A stretch of 64,000 nt of DNA from a virus (taxonomy: Duplodnaviria > Caudoviricetes), in IMG/VR virus record IMGVR_UViG_3300029305_005387; one strand, given 5' to 3'. Of the stretch, positions 29,612 through 40,897 are shown one piece after another. Position 1 is the first letter of the stretch; the number at the start of each line of letters is the position of its first letter. The position numbers and the translations under genes are program-made. The notes beneath the pieces are model-generated. The model did not search any database, was not told the DNA's origin, and saw nothing but the letters and a program-made list of their open reading frames with translations.

Positions 29612-30925
29612 ATGTCAGTAAAAAAGATTGGCGAATCAGCTTTAAATGGATTAAAGAATCGAGCTGTTCGTGGTATTTTAAATCCAATCACTGGAATGGT
29701 TGATGAACAACTTACAGATATTACTACAACTATTGGTGCTTTCATTATCAGATCTATCAGAGGAAAGTTTCAAAGAAGCATCACGTTCACAGTTGGAGTT
29801 AATTATTCTGATAACTGGATGGAAGAAGCACTATATGGCGTTCTTTATGAACACAACAAGATCAAGACAAAGAGTAAGTTAGAATTAAGTAATAAAAAAG
29901 GAATTAATGATGGTACTGGTATGTATTATCGACTAGATGACGGTACACATAGTTTGAAATATCGTGATTACGATATTCTTCTATTTATTCAAACTAGAAG
30001 TCCACAATCTCCTACAGGTAGAGTTTCAACTGTCAGATCTTATACGATCATTTGTTATGATCTTAATCCTGAATTTGTAACACTGTTTGAAAAAGATATG
30101 ATCAGACACCGTAATGCATTACTTGAGATCAGAAAAGATTCTCCTACTGTAAATGTATATCAAGATCTTCATGAATCAGACGGTTACACTTATTGGGAGA
30201 AAGTACAAGCTATTACGAAGAGAAAACTTGATACTATTTATCTCCCTTATGAACAAAAGAAGTTATTAGTTGATACAATCAATACATTCTTTGCTTCAAG
30301 AGAAATGTATCAACAACACGGTATTCCTTGGAATCTTAAGATTCTACTTTATGGACCTCCTGGTACAGGTAAAAGTAGTATTGTCAAGATGATTGCTTCT
30401 GAGTGGAACCGTAATCTATTTGAATGTACAGGTGGCAAGAATGGTAAATTCATTCCAAACGCAATTACAGATCATGGTGACCAAATTATTCATCCTTTAT
30501 TCAGTATTTCAGACATTGATAAATATCCATCTCTTATTAATGAACCTGATATTGACATGAATAAAGAAAATGCAAAAGATGAAATGCTTGCATATAAACA
30601 GACATTTTCATCCATGATTAATGCATTAGATGGTATTCTTTCCGGTGAAGGAAGAATTATTATCATGACTACTAATCATATCGAAAAGTTTAGTCCAACT
30701 ATTCTTCGTCCTGGCAGAGTTGATTTAAAGATGGAAATTGGATATGTGACAGTAGACGTATTCAGAAAGTATGTTCATGATTTCTATCAAATTGATCTTC
30801 CAAAAGATATTAAACTCAATAGAAAAGACATCACAATTGCAGACATGCAATCAGACGTTGTATTTATGAGATTAACAGCCGAAGAATTCATTAAGAAGTA
30901 TACAAAAGCATCTAAAGATAAATAA
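29612..30925 (+). CDS. BCS1-like AAA+ ATPase
   Basis: YQQHGIPW..ILLYGPPGTGKSS, SDID, INALDGI, MTTNH, LRPGRVD; start at MSVKK after AAGGAGG. Confidence 0.8.
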   Translation: MSVKKIGESALNGLKNRAVRGILNPITGMVDEQLTDITTTIGAFIIRSIRGKFQRSITFTVGVNYSDNWMEEALYGVLYEHNKIKTKSKLELSNKKGINDGTGMYYRLDDGTHSLKYRDYDILLFIQTRSPQSPTGRVSTVRSYTIICYDLNPEFVTLFEKDMIRHRNALLEIRKDSPTVNVYQDLHESDGYTYWEKVQAITKRKLDTIYLPYEQKKLLVDTINTFFASREMYQQHGIPWNLKILLYGPPGTGKSSIVKMIASEWNRNLFECTGGKNGKFIPNAITDHGDQIIHPLFSISDIDKYPSLINEPDIDMNKENAKDEMLAYKQTFSSMINALDGILSGEGRIIIMTTNHIEKFSPTILRPGRVDLKMEIGYVTVDVFRKYVHDFYQIDLPKDIKLNRKDITIADMQSDVVFMRLTAEEFIKKYTKASKDK

Positions 30926-30935
30926 TAAAATTATT

Positions 30936-30973
30936 AATAAAGATACGGAGGAAAATTCCTCCGTATCTTTATT
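30936..30973 (+). terminator. Intrinsic terminator
   Basis: 18-bp inverted repeat followed by a T run. Confidence 0.75.
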
Positions 30974-31028
30974 TTTTATCGAGAAATTCACGGTCAGAAA
31001 AAAGCTCATTTTTTCGATTATATATTAC

Positions 31029-31111
31029 ATGTATAGACATGTATGTCGTACATGTACGTACTTCGTACGTTGTACGACTGAGTATATGCAGTGTTTCAAC
31101 ATGCTATACAT
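31029..31111 (+). ncRNA. Candidate small structured RNA or cruciform element
   Basis: Nested inverted repeats directly after TATATTAC (31021-31028); no ORF. Confidence 0.4.
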
Positions 31112-31134
31112 ATAATAATTCTAGCCGGTATTTT

Positions 31135-32277
31135 TTAAACGATATACTTATTTTCTATAACAAATAATCTTCCTTTAATAGTAGAAATATCATCCATAAT
31201 CAGTTTAATCTGAGAATTAACTTCTGAACCAGGACCATTATTGATAGTTCTATTAATTAATTCTTTAATTTCAGATATTTCTTTTTTAACTTCTCTAAGA
31301 TCTTTAGAAGAAACTTTATCATCTAAAGAAGATCTTAATTCTGTAACATTACCTAATTTATTCAAACTTGATATAATAGTAGATACAGTTTTATTGATTT
31401 CATTAACTTCTGATCTATCAACAGTATCATTCAAGATCGATCTCAATGATTGAATATCATCAATGGTTAATTCAGGTAAATCAGATTTATCAAGCTTATC
31501 ACCTTTTACTACTAAACCCTTTTCATCAACAGTAAGTTTTGTAAAAGTACCAGATTTAATAGATTTATTCCTTTCAACCTTATTAGATAGAATCTGAATA
31601 ACTCCATCTAATGTTGACTGTAAAGCAGTTTTACCAATGATAGACTCAATTGTCTGAATTTTATTAATCAATTCAAGCGGTAAATCAGTTATTGATAAAT
31701 TTTCAGAATTAGTAACTCTACCATATTCATCAAATGAAATCTTACAACCTGTACCTGCTGTAATTATTTTTTCATCAACAGTAATCATCTCTGCTGAATT
31801 AGTTGAATTTTTCAAGTTTTCTAAAATGTTGGTTAAACCACTGATCTTGTTTATTGGTAATTCAGGGATATCTTCTACTGTCAAATCACTTACGGATGTA
31901 ACAATACCATTTTTATTAACATTGACTTTACATCCAGTAATATCAACTTCAGACCTAGTAAAATATGATTTAATTTCTTTTTTCAATTTTTCAATTTCAC
32001 TAGTTTTTACAGATGATTTTAGATGATCAGATAAACCATCAATTTTTTCAATAGGTAATTGAGGGATATCGACTGTTTCTAAAGAACTAGAACCAGTAAT
32101 TTGACCGTATTCATTATATGCCACTTTGATAGCAATTCCTGGTTTGATGCGTTCTGATTTAGGGATAAACATTTGCTTGTCAATTTTTAGAGCAGTTAGT
32201 TTCTTATCTGTAGCTTGTATTTTAGATTCAACATCTAATAATCTACGCTGAATTGATTGTAGAATTTCTGGATTCAT
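31135..32277 (-). CDS. Tail-fibre-like repeat protein
   Basis: Four repeats of G-x-K-(V/I/L)-x-V-(D/N)-x-x-G-x-V...D(I/L)PELxI. Confidence 0.6.
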   Translation of the reverse strand: MNPEILQSIQRRLLDVESKIQATDKKLTALKIDKQMFIPKSERIKPGIAIKVAYNEYGQITGSSSLETVDIPQLPIEKIDGLSDHLKSSVKTSEIEKLKKEIKSYFTRSEVDITGCKVNVNKNGIVTSVSDLTVEDIPELPINKISGLTNILENLKNSTNSAEMITVDEKIITAGTGCKISFDEYGRVTNSENLSITDLPLELINKIQTIESIIGKTALQSTLDGVIQILSNKVERNKSIKSGTFTKLTVDEKGLVVKGDKLDKSDLPELTIDDIQSLRSILNDTVDRSEVNEINKTVSTIISSLNKLGNVTELRSSLDDKVSSKDLREVKKEISEIKELINRTINNGPGSEVNSQIKLIMDDISTIKGRLFVIENKYIV

Positions 32278-32377
32278 AATGAAACCTCCTTTGACAATTT
32301 TTGTAATACTTTAGACGTTGGTCAAGTCAGTCAACGCTGTTATAACTATTTTAATAGAAATGGAGTTGAGAAAATAT

Positions 32378-35300
32378 ATGCGTAATGGAATGTATGAAAA
32401 TTTATGGAGTCCATTCGATCCGAAATGGTACCAAAAAGCTTTCGACAAATTTGTCAGTACAGCAGATCAATTATTCAATCAAAATGAAATAATTTCTCAA
32501 GGTTTTGTACTTCCAGATGCGGATGGTTCTAAATCATCTGTATTTCGACGTGATGCTATACTGAATAATTCTTTCAATGAAACAGCATTACGCGAAACAT
32601 TGAAAGATATCTACCTGAATAGTTCTCATAAATTAGTAGCATCTAATCATGATAACGTTCATTTCTTTCAATGGAATGGTACAATGAATGATGTTAGATT
32701 TATTCCAAATACTAACATGTGTGAGATAGTTATTCCTACAGAAGGTTTTATATTTGATAAAACTCGTGATAAATATAAAATATCTCAATTTTATCGTAAA
32801 TGGATTGATATCACTGATATTTACAATAATTGGGATATTTTCAAATGGAATTGTCTATTATTTATCAACCAGAGAATTTATTCAGAATACCAGTTGAGAA
32901 TTGATGATCATGAAACTACTATTAGATTTAGATATGAGGATTTCTGGGTTAAACAAAACTATCCTATTTATATTTATAAATTTGATAGTAAATATCAGTG
33001 TAGATCTAAGATAACTCGTCAGCTGATGAATAATCAGTGGAATTGGAAAGTTCCTATTGATTACATTGATAAAAGAAATCTGAATTCAGATCATATTATA
33101 GTTGCTTTTAATAGAATTAACGATCAGAGTATTCGGTCAGATGGATTATTCAATGTTGATATTCTAGGGGACAATTTAGAATTTCTAACTGTAAAAGATG
33201 GATTTATAGATCTTTCTGAAATCAGTGATTTCAATAAAAGATTGATTAATAGTGAATCTAAAGAATGGTTATGGATGTCAATATTTGTTCCAAAGTTCTT
33301 ACACGAATTCCCTATTCTTATACCTACTGATATTATTTATAGACCATATCAAGCCAATATGGTTCCTGTATTCATAACTGCGAATGGAGCTCATCAACAA
33401 GTTCTAATGAACGAGTCAGAGATTGGTGAAGATAAAAAGGTTTATATTAATTTGGATGATAAAGAAGTAGTGTGGGATGATGGATGGCAATATATGATCC
33501 GTCCAGTAGTACTAGCTGATGCTTTTAATGTCAGTGAAAAAGATCCATATGTGACGTTATCAACTGATATTAGTTATTTACGAGATCTTACAATTAAAGG
33601 TGCAGATTTGATCGAAACATTTAGACTATTCATGATGGATTATAAAGAAGAATCTTTTCTTTCATATTGTGATTCCTTGGAAGTAATCATTAAAGACATC
33701 AAAGAATGTCATGATAAGTTCTTAAACGATCGACGTATAGTTCCTAACACTGAATATGATGATATTTATAATCAATTCATTGATTTGATGATAACTATAC
33801 GTAACGAAAAGAATTCATCAATTTATTTTCATAGGGAACATGGAAAGAAGTTAGATTTTTGGTCTTTTATTTCTCCTCTGATTTATATTCCTAGAAATCT
33901 TGTTGATAAATATTATGTGACTACGATTATGTCGCATATTAATAAATCAACAGTATGGGAAGATTTTGATCAGAATATGAATAAACATCGTTTCCGTAGA
34001 CCTGTCGATGTATCTGATTTTTGGACATTTGAATATGATATGGATAATAATGTTTGGCGTCCTTGTATTTTAAACATTGAAAGACATTTTCCTGATGTAT
34101 ATTTAATGAATGATCCAAAAGAAGATAATCCTACTCCTAATAGAATTTTTAAATCATTTTTCTTTTATTCTGATACTCCTAATGTTGTAAAACAATCTGA
34201 AGATATTATCAGAGCTACTTATTCATGGGATAAGGATGTTGAAGAATATGAATTTGAAAATGGATCTGTTTATCGTGATATTTTCATGGAAAAATTTTAT
34301 TGGATGGGAATTAAAGCAATTTATAAAGGAATAATTGTTTCTAATTATAGGTGGGAAGTTCTTGAATATGTTAAGGATAATCCTTCATATGAAAGATTTA
34401 ATGAATTATTCTTAAATACAATGGATCCGTATTTTAAAATGGGTCTTGCTACATATTTAAAGAGTGATAATTTTGAATTTCCATTTGACGAAGCAGTTGA
34501 TAAGCTAAATGAACGAATTAATCAAGACTTCATTGGATATAAAAGAGTTAATAACTTTGAGATGTATCTAAATAAAACATGGATTCCATCTTATTTTGAT
34601 CACATTGTCAAAATAATGAAAGATATTGATTGGAGTAGTAAACTTATTAGACGTCCAAGAGATAGTTTTGATACTAAACGTTTATATCCTTTATTAATGA
34701 ACACACAAAAACAGATTCATGAATTAGTGTCTGAACTTCATACAGAAATTGATTGGATCTTGAATGAAATTGCAATGAGAGATTATGATATCGATAATAT
34801 TTATCTATTGCAATTGAAAGAATATACTACAAAATTAGATCTAATCAGTATTGATTCTTATGAGTATATCAATACATTAGATATGGATATTTATTCCATT
34901 GATGATGTTAATGATCTTGCAAATATTCTTGATAAATATTTTGATACTATCAATATGATTGAATATCAGTTTGCTTTATTACAACAGAGAACACCAGGTC
35001 CTACAAGTGCTAAAGATAAACTAAAAATTATTGAAGGTATTCATAATATTATTTTAAATGAATATAATGAAACTGTCACCATTATGGGTTCAATGATTCA
35101 ATCGTTTAATATTGAAGAATTCATGAGAGCTGTAAATGATCCAGCATTTTTTAATGAATTAAATCATAAAGACGATAGTTCATTAATAGGTATGATTAAT
35201 CAGTTTACGTATCAATGGCCATTATATGTTCAAGAAGCAAGAAACGAATTATATGTATCAACTACAAAGTTGTGGTCTAAATTTGATACGACTAAATCAT

Positions 35301-38300
35301 ACCAAAGACATGAAATAGAAGAATTTGTAGCTATTGCTTCAAAGGTATCTTTGGATATTTATAATCTAAATGAAACAATTACTCAGTATTGGTCAGAGAC
35401 TCAGACTAATGGTGATGAGAAAATTATTTCTCATATGGAATTTGCCACAGAACGTATTTCTGAACTTGTAAAAGATCTTGATATATTTACAATTCATCAG
35501 GATAATTTAATTCAGTTAATTGATTCTATTAGAATGATGATTATTAACACAGAACCTTGTGGAATTAGTGAAAGAGAAGATTCATTTATAGAGACAATTG
35601 ATTCTAAACTTGATGAAACTGTTACATCTTTATCATATTTAACTGGTGAAAACAAGGGAGAAGAAGCAAAATCTCTATATAATAATATACTTTCATTAAC
35701 GAATGAATGGGAAGAATATGTTAGACAAGAGATTATTGTTCTGGAAAGAATTGGTTCTTTAGCTGCAGATCCTGTATTATTCCTTGAATTGATTAATAAA
35801 CTCAGTAACTATAATAAATCAATGATCGAATATATGAGGACTGTAAATAATGAATTTATTCCTGATATCGATACTCCTTCATATTCAGATATCTATGAAA
35901 TTAATCAGATTGAGTTAGTAACTGGAGGATTCAATAATAAGGTTGGTGATGAAGTATTTATACCTAACTTAGGTTCTTATAGAATCACTTCAGTAAGTGG
36001 AGAAGTAGCTACAGCAGAATCCATTGATAAACTTAATTATAGGAATACTTCATTCAGAAATCCTTGCTGGCAGAGCAATCTCTATGATGGAATTACTAAT
36101 GGAGATGGAATCGGTATATCTGTAAAGGCTATTTCTGCAACCAAACAGGTGATCATTAACGATACTTTAGCTGAACGATTTGTTTCTCGTATAAAAAATG
36201 TAGTTTATATGATAACTCGTGACGTTGAATTCATTAATCCTCATAACAATTCATATGTAGAGAATACAATTTCTACAATTCAAGATATTCAATCTGAATG
36301 GGAAAACATTCAATCTTTTTATGTAGATTATATGTCAGAGGGGATAAAGACAAGTTGTGTTGATATGATAAACAGTGTTTCAACTATACTTGAAGATCTA
36401 AATAATTTTATAAATGTAAGATCTAAAAATGATTTAACAACATTACTTTCAGATTTTGAAAACTTTATTTTTACTACTTATTCATTATTTGAATCAAATA
36501 GAAAAAATTCTCCAACTTATATCTATTTTGATAACAGATTGAGAGTAGTTTATAATGAAGGACTTGAATATAGAGGTAATGGAACTTCTTGGAATGATAA
36601 AGATGAATTAATCAATGTATTGAATAATTTGGAATATGAATTAGAACTATTCAATCGAAAAATTATCAAAGAATCTTCGGAAATGAATGGCATTAATAAT
36701 ATTATCACTTTATATGATTCAATGATAATTATGATTAATAATTTCAAAACAAATTTAGATGATACTTCATCACAACAGGAAATTGTTAGAAATAAAATCT
36801 CCGAAATATCATCTGATATTGATAACATTCCTCAGGAGTTTCATAGAGATATTTGGTATAATTTGCAAAATGTCGTAGTTGGTAAATCCGGTGCAGGATA
36901 TGATGTTGGTGATATCGTAGAACTTATTCCACAATTACCAAATATTTATGAGGAAGATCAAATCTTTATGATCATGAATGATGTTATTCTAATTAGAATA
37001 ACTCAGGTAAATGATAATGGAGAAGTATTAAAAGCAGAACCATTAATGAATTATGCAATACCATATCTAGTTTGGGGAGTAAGAGAAACAAAAACTAGAG
37101 TTGGTAATGGATCCGGTCTAGTTGTAAATGTTTATGCAAATGAAGTAACGTTGTCTGATAGTAAATTATTCCTTGATAAATCTTCTGATATAATTTTACC
37201 TAAACAATTTGATCAGAATGATTTATTGACATTTAAGTTTGAAAATATTCACGATCTTCCAATCGACTATGAAGTTTTCTTTGCTGGTAAACAGATGAGG
37301 GACTTTATTATTAGACACGAAAGTGTTAATAATCATTTATATCCTCAAGAGATTGATGTGATTTATTTAAATGCTAATGAAGTACTTGCATTAGGAGATT
37401 CATCAATTTATACTGAAGGAGAACATTATTTCGTATATAAACTTGATAGTGTTGAAATTTTAGATCCTGGTGCCGGTTATACTGAAGGACAAGAAATTAT
37501 TATTAATACTGGACAGTTAGCTTTAAAACTGAAAGTATCCAAGTTGACTAATGATCCATTAAAAGGTATCGCTGGTATTGAAATGATTTCTAATAAAACT
37601 ACCTTTAATGGAACTGATCCGACTTCAGATGAAGCATTCGTTGTCAAAGATACATTAAATAATATTGATGATGAGTTTCATGTTAGTGAATATGATAAAC
37701 TAACAGCTGAAGGATCTACAAAGGGTGCAGCAATAACACTCGATCCGGAAGATTATCCATTTACTTCCAGACGTTTTGATGATTTGGAAGATGGAGATCG
37801 TAATAAAACGTTTATGTATCCTGATGTAGAAAATGTTACTGATATTCATGGAGATCCAGATAATGGAACATATTTAGGAAGTAGAATAGATAACTCTGAA
37901 CATCCTATGAGTGATTCACGAGAATGGAATGGTATTATGAATACTATTTCACCTGCTGATCCTATAATTCCTGTAGAAAATAGAGTTCCAACTAGTAAAC
38001 CGATTAAAGGTGAATATCAGGATATTAAACAATTAAGAATTCATAATTCTGAAATTCCTAAAATTGAATCATTAACGGAAGAGTATATAGCTGATCTAGT
38101 AGATGGTTCAATTGATGCATCTGAACCAGGACCTTTTGAGGTACATGGAAAATCAATAGAAGGAATACCTGATGAAGATGTAATTGGAATGATTGAAGGA
38201 ACATATGTACCAAAAGGTACTCCGACAGTTACAGTTGATGGTGAGATTATTAAAGCTATTGATTTTACAAAAGTTAGGGATCTCATTTATGGTAATATTG

Positions 38301-40837
38301 AAGGAGTAGAAAATCCTGGTGCATATATGGATACTTGCTTAGTGAGTTCAGATATTACTGATATTAATGATAAAATTATTAATAATTATGCTATGATTAG
38401 TGGAGATATAACTGTCCAAACTTATGCAAGTATTCCTAAACACATTGATGAATGGCCTGAAACTTCTGTGGGAAAAACTGTTATAGTTGAAAATGATGAA
38501 ACACATGAAGGACATCGAATGATATATCGAGTAAGAACATTTGTAGTTAGTGGTTATATAATATATGATGAACCAGAGATTGCTGATTATAAATGGAATT
38601 ATTTTGATATTGATTGGATGAAAGTTGATTTCTATCCAGATTTTCCTACATTAAAGGCTCAGTATCCATCTGATAAATGGAGGGAATCGACTCTGTATCG
38701 AATTGTACAAAGAGATATTAGAGATGAAAAGATTCAAAGAGTTGTAACTCCACGAGTTCATGAAGGTTCTTATATTCACGATTTAACAATTGATGATCTT
38801 TCAGTTTATAACTTCACCGAACAAAGATGGGAAGATCTTTATGATGAAAATCGTTGGAAATTGGAAGTTCGAAATGATTCTGAAAAGAATGATTATGGTT
38901 TTAGACTAACATTCTTAGAAGATGGATATTATGATTATAACATGAGATTGTATCTGAATAAGATACCTGAAACACAAATGAGAAATGCTGAACTTAAAAG
39001 ACCTGCTACATTTAAAATTGTTGCAAGTATTTGTGGTGAAGTAAATACTCATAATACGAATTATTCAATTAATACTGGTAGAGATTTGAGGATTCGTAAA
39101 CTATTCCCATATGAACAAAAAGAAACATTCACCATTGGTGGAAAAGATGAAAATGGCAATCTATTAGGTTATGAAATGAATTTTAAACTTGCAAATTATA
39201 TTCATTACAAAAATGAAATTCATCTGGAAGATATTAAAATTTATAACAAATCTGCAGATCGTTTTGAAAATGTAATGGATCCAAAAATGTTTGAAGTTCG
39301 TTTTAAAGATGATCGAGCTGTTAGTAGAGGATACGAAACTCAAACAGTCATTATTCAATCTTTGATTTCTAAAGTGGGAGAATCTTTTACTGACGGGAAT
39401 GTATGGGGTTGGAATGAAGAATATGGAATTCATATCTTTGGTACTATCACAGCTGATTTCTTAAATGAAGGACACATGTTGACATTTACGCCTCTTCATT
39501 GTCCTAATCCACCAAAGGAAGATATTTCCATTGAGTTTGATATTTATCAACATGATTGTCAGACAGAGTATCAGTGTGGTAAAGTTGTCATAGAATTCCA
39601 AACTCAGAAAGTAGAAGTATGGGGAGATGGATATCAACATAATGTTTCTAATCCAATGGCTCCAGTACCTAGAGAATTCAAAATTATTTGTCAATATGAT
39701 CTTGATGAACCTACTGAGTATGAAGTAATTGTTAATAAGACTTCTCAGAAATGGACATTTGTGGAAGATAGTTATAAAGTATTTCCAACATTCCATCTAC
39801 CGGATGTAAATATCCAACATGATAGACTTTATATCATGACTGATAAAGGTCGATTCCCTCTGGTTAATCCATCAACTTATAAACCATCAATGAATGTTGT
39901 ACAAGGTGAACACGGTACTGATGTAACTTTCTTGAATCTCTATAATAAAAATGAACACTTAGAGATACACGCAGTTCCATATTCAATGAAGTCAGTTTAT
40001 GTACAGAGAAGAGTTCCAAGTCATGGATTTATTGATCTTAAAGGTAAAATTAATAAACCTTTAAACAAAAAATATTTTGAATTCTGGATGAATGGTAGAC
40101 TTTTATTTGATGAAGTAACTATCATTAGTCCAACTAAGATATTCTTACATGGATTGAAATCTTTAAGAAACTTTGAAATTATTGAAATTGATAGAGATCC
40201 TAATGAATATTTTAGTGATAATTTCTTAACAGTAGAAAAGAATGAATATGGACGTCCATATAGAGTATGGGATTTTACAACTTATTTAGACGATGCTCTT
40301 GAAGGAAATCTGGAAGGAGATAATTATACTCCTGAAGAACAGGAATATTTATTAACACCTGTATGGAAACAAGTGGAACGTGAACATCCTGAATTCAAGA
40401 ACTTCCCACCTAATCAGGATTTAGAAGCTGATATTCTTTTAAGAATTGATGATTATACTGAATTTAAAGATGTCGATGTTCCTGGGTATCAGTTTACTGT
40501 AATTAATGTTCCTACTATTGAAGGAGTTCCAATTACTGGACGTACATTAAGATTTTCTCAATTCGGATTTCTACCAATTACTGAGAGTATGATTATTGAT
40601 ATGCTTAATCAAGAATGGGCTGCAGAAATTGCTGCTGGACAAATACCAGATCATAGCATTGTAAGTGAGGATGAATGGTATGGTATCTCAGTAAGAATGT
40701 ATAATGAATATGGAGATTTGGTTCATTCATTAGAAGAAGCAGCTTATTACATCTTTGACGATGACTTATTGAGAATCAATACAAATACTAACATCAGTAG
40801 AATTGTACAAAAAACAATTGAATATGACTTATCTTAA
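32378..40837 (+). CDS. Very large putative virion structural protein (baseplate/tail), about 2820 aa
   Basis: Long ORF with GxGYxxGD-type motifs (GGFNNKVGD, GAGYDVGD, GAGYTEG); start uncertain (32360/32378). Confidence 0.55.
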   Translation: MRNGMYENLWSPFDPKWYQKAFDKFVSTADQLFNQNEIISQGFVLPDADGSKSSVFRRDAILNNSFNETALRETLKDIYLNSSHKLVASNHDNVHFFQWNGTMNDVRFIPNTNMCEIVIPTEGFIFDKTRDKYKISQFYRKWIDITDIYNNWDIFKWNCLLFINQRIYSEYQLRIDDHETTIRFRYEDFWVKQNYPIYIYKFDSKYQCRSKITRQLMNNQWNWKVPIDYIDKRNLNSDHIIVAFNRINDQSIRSDGLFNVDILGDNLEFLTVKDGFIDLSEISDFNKRLINSESKEWLWMSIFVPKFLHEFPILIPTDIIYRPYQANMVPVFITANGAHQQVLMNESEIGEDKKVYINLDDKEVVWDDGWQYMIRPVVLADAFNVSEKDPYVTLSTDISYLRDLTIKGADLIETFRLFMMDYKEESFLSYCDSLEVIIKDIKECHDKFLNDRRIVPNTEYDDIYNQFIDLMITIRNEKNSSIYFHREHGKKLDFWSFISPLIYIPRNLVDKYYVTTIMSHINKSTVWEDFDQNMNKHRFRRPVDVSDFWTFEYDMDNNVWRPCILNIERHFPDVYLMNDPKEDNPTPNRIFKSFFFYSDTPNVVKQSEDIIRATYSWDKDVEEYEFENGSVYRDIFMEKFYWMGIKAIYKGIIVSNYRWEVLEYVKDNPSYERFNELFLNTMDPYFKMGLATYLKSDNFEFPFDEAVDKLNERINQDFIGYKRVNNFEMYLNKTWIPSYFDHIVKIMKDIDWSSKLIRRPRDSFDTKRLYPLLMNTQKQIHELVSELHTEIDWILNEIAMRDYDIDNIYLLQLKEYTTKLDLISIDSYEYINTLDMDIYSIDDVNDLANILDKYFDTINMIEYQFALLQQRTPGPTSAKDKLKIIEGIHNIILNEYNETVTIMGSMIQSFNIEEFMRAVNDPAFFNELNHKDDSSLIGMINQFTYQWPLYVQEARNELYVSTTKLWSKFDTTKSYQRHEIEEFVAIASKVSLDIYNLNETITQYWSETQTNGDEKIISHMEFATERISELVKDLDIFTIHQDNLIQLIDSIRMMIINTEPCGISEREDSFIETIDSKLDETVTSLSYLTGENKGEEAKSLYNNILSLTNEWEEYVRQEIIVLERIGSLAADPVLFLELINKLSNYNKSMIEYMRTVNNEFIPDIDTPSYSDIYEINQIELVTGGFNNKVGDEVFIPNLGSYRITSVSGEVATAESIDKLNYRNTSFRNPCWQSNLYDGITNGDGIGISVKAISATKQVIINDTLAERFVSRIKNVVYMITRDVEFINPHNNSYVENTISTIQDIQSEWENIQSFYVDYMSEGIKTSCVDMINSVSTILEDLNNFINVRSKNDLTTLLSDFENFIFTTYSLFESNRKNSPTYIYFDNRLRVVYNEGLEYRGNGTSWNDKDELINVLNNLEYELELFNRKIIKESSEMNGINNIITLYDSMIIMINNFKTNLDDTSSQQEIVRNKISEISSDIDNIPQEFHRDIWYNLQNVVVGKSGAGYDVGDIVELIPQLPNIYEEDQIFMIMNDVILIRITQVNDNGEVLKAEPLMNYAIPYLVWGVRETKTRVGNGSGLVVNVYANEVTLSDSKLFLDKSSDIILPKQFDQNDLLTFKFENIHDLPIDYEVFFAGKQMRDFIIRHESVNNHLYPQEIDVIYLNANEVLALGDSSIYTEGEHYFVYKLDSVEILDPGAGYTEGQEIIINTGQLALKLKVSKLTNDPLKGIAGIEMISNKTTFNGTDPTSDEAFVVKDTLNNIDDEFHVSEYDKLTAEGSTKGAAITLDPEDYPFTSRRFDDLEDGDRNKTFMYPDVENVTDIHGDPDNGTYLGSRIDNSEHPMSDSREWNGIMNTISPADPIIPVENRVPTSKPIKGEYQDIKQLRIHNSEIPKIESLTEEYIADLVDGSIDASEPGPFEVHGKSIEGIPDEDVIGMIEGTYVPKGTPTVTVDGEIIKAIDFTKVRDLIYGNIEGVENPGAYMDTCLVSSDITDINDKIINNYAMISGDITVQTYASIPKHIDEWPETSVGKTVIVENDETHEGHRMIYRVRTFVVSGYIIYDEPEIADYKWNYFDIDWMKVDFYPDFPTLKAQYPSDKWRESTLYRIVQRDIRDEKIQRVVTPRVHEGSYIHDLTIDDLSVYNFTEQRWEDLYDENRWKLEVRNDSEKNDYGFRLTFLEDGYYDYNMRLYLNKIPETQMRNAELKRPATFKIVASICGEVNTHNTNYSINTGRDLRIRKLFPYEQKETFTIGGKDENGNLLGYEMNFKLANYIHYKNEIHLEDIKIYNKSADRFENVMDPKMFEVRFKDDRAVSRGYETQTVIIQSLISKVGESFTDGNVWGWNEEYGIHIFGTITADFLNEGHMLTFTPLHCPNPPKEDISIEFDIYQHDCQTEYQCGKVVIEFQTQKVEVWGDGYQHNVSNPMAPVPREFKIICQYDLDEPTEYEVIVNKTSQKWTFVEDSYKVFPTFHLPDVNIQHDRLYIMTDKGRFPLVNPSTYKPSMNVVQGEHGTDVTFLNLYNKNEHLEIHAVPYSMKSVYVQRRVPSHGFIDLKGKINKPLNKKYFEFWMNGRLLFDEVTIISPTKIFLHGLKSLRNFEIIEIDRDPNEYFSDNFLTVEKNEYGRPYRVWDFTTYLDDALEGNLEGDNYTPEEQEYLLTPVWKQVEREHPEFKNFPPNQDLEADILLRIDDYTEFKDVDVPGYQFTVINVPTIEGVPITGRTLRFSQFGFLPITESMIIDMLNQEWAAEIAAGQIPDHSIVSEDEWYGISVRMYNEYGDLVHSLEEAAYYIFDDDLLRINTNTNISRIVQKTIEYDLS

Positions 40838-40839
40838 CA

Positions 40840-40876
40840 AAAAGAAAGGAGGTCCATAATGGACCTCCTTTCTTTT
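40840..40876. terminator. Bidirectional terminator
   Basis: aaaagaaaggaggtccat/atggacctcctttctttt. Confidence 0.75.
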
Positions 40877-40897
40877 GATGGTTTAATCATTTAGATA

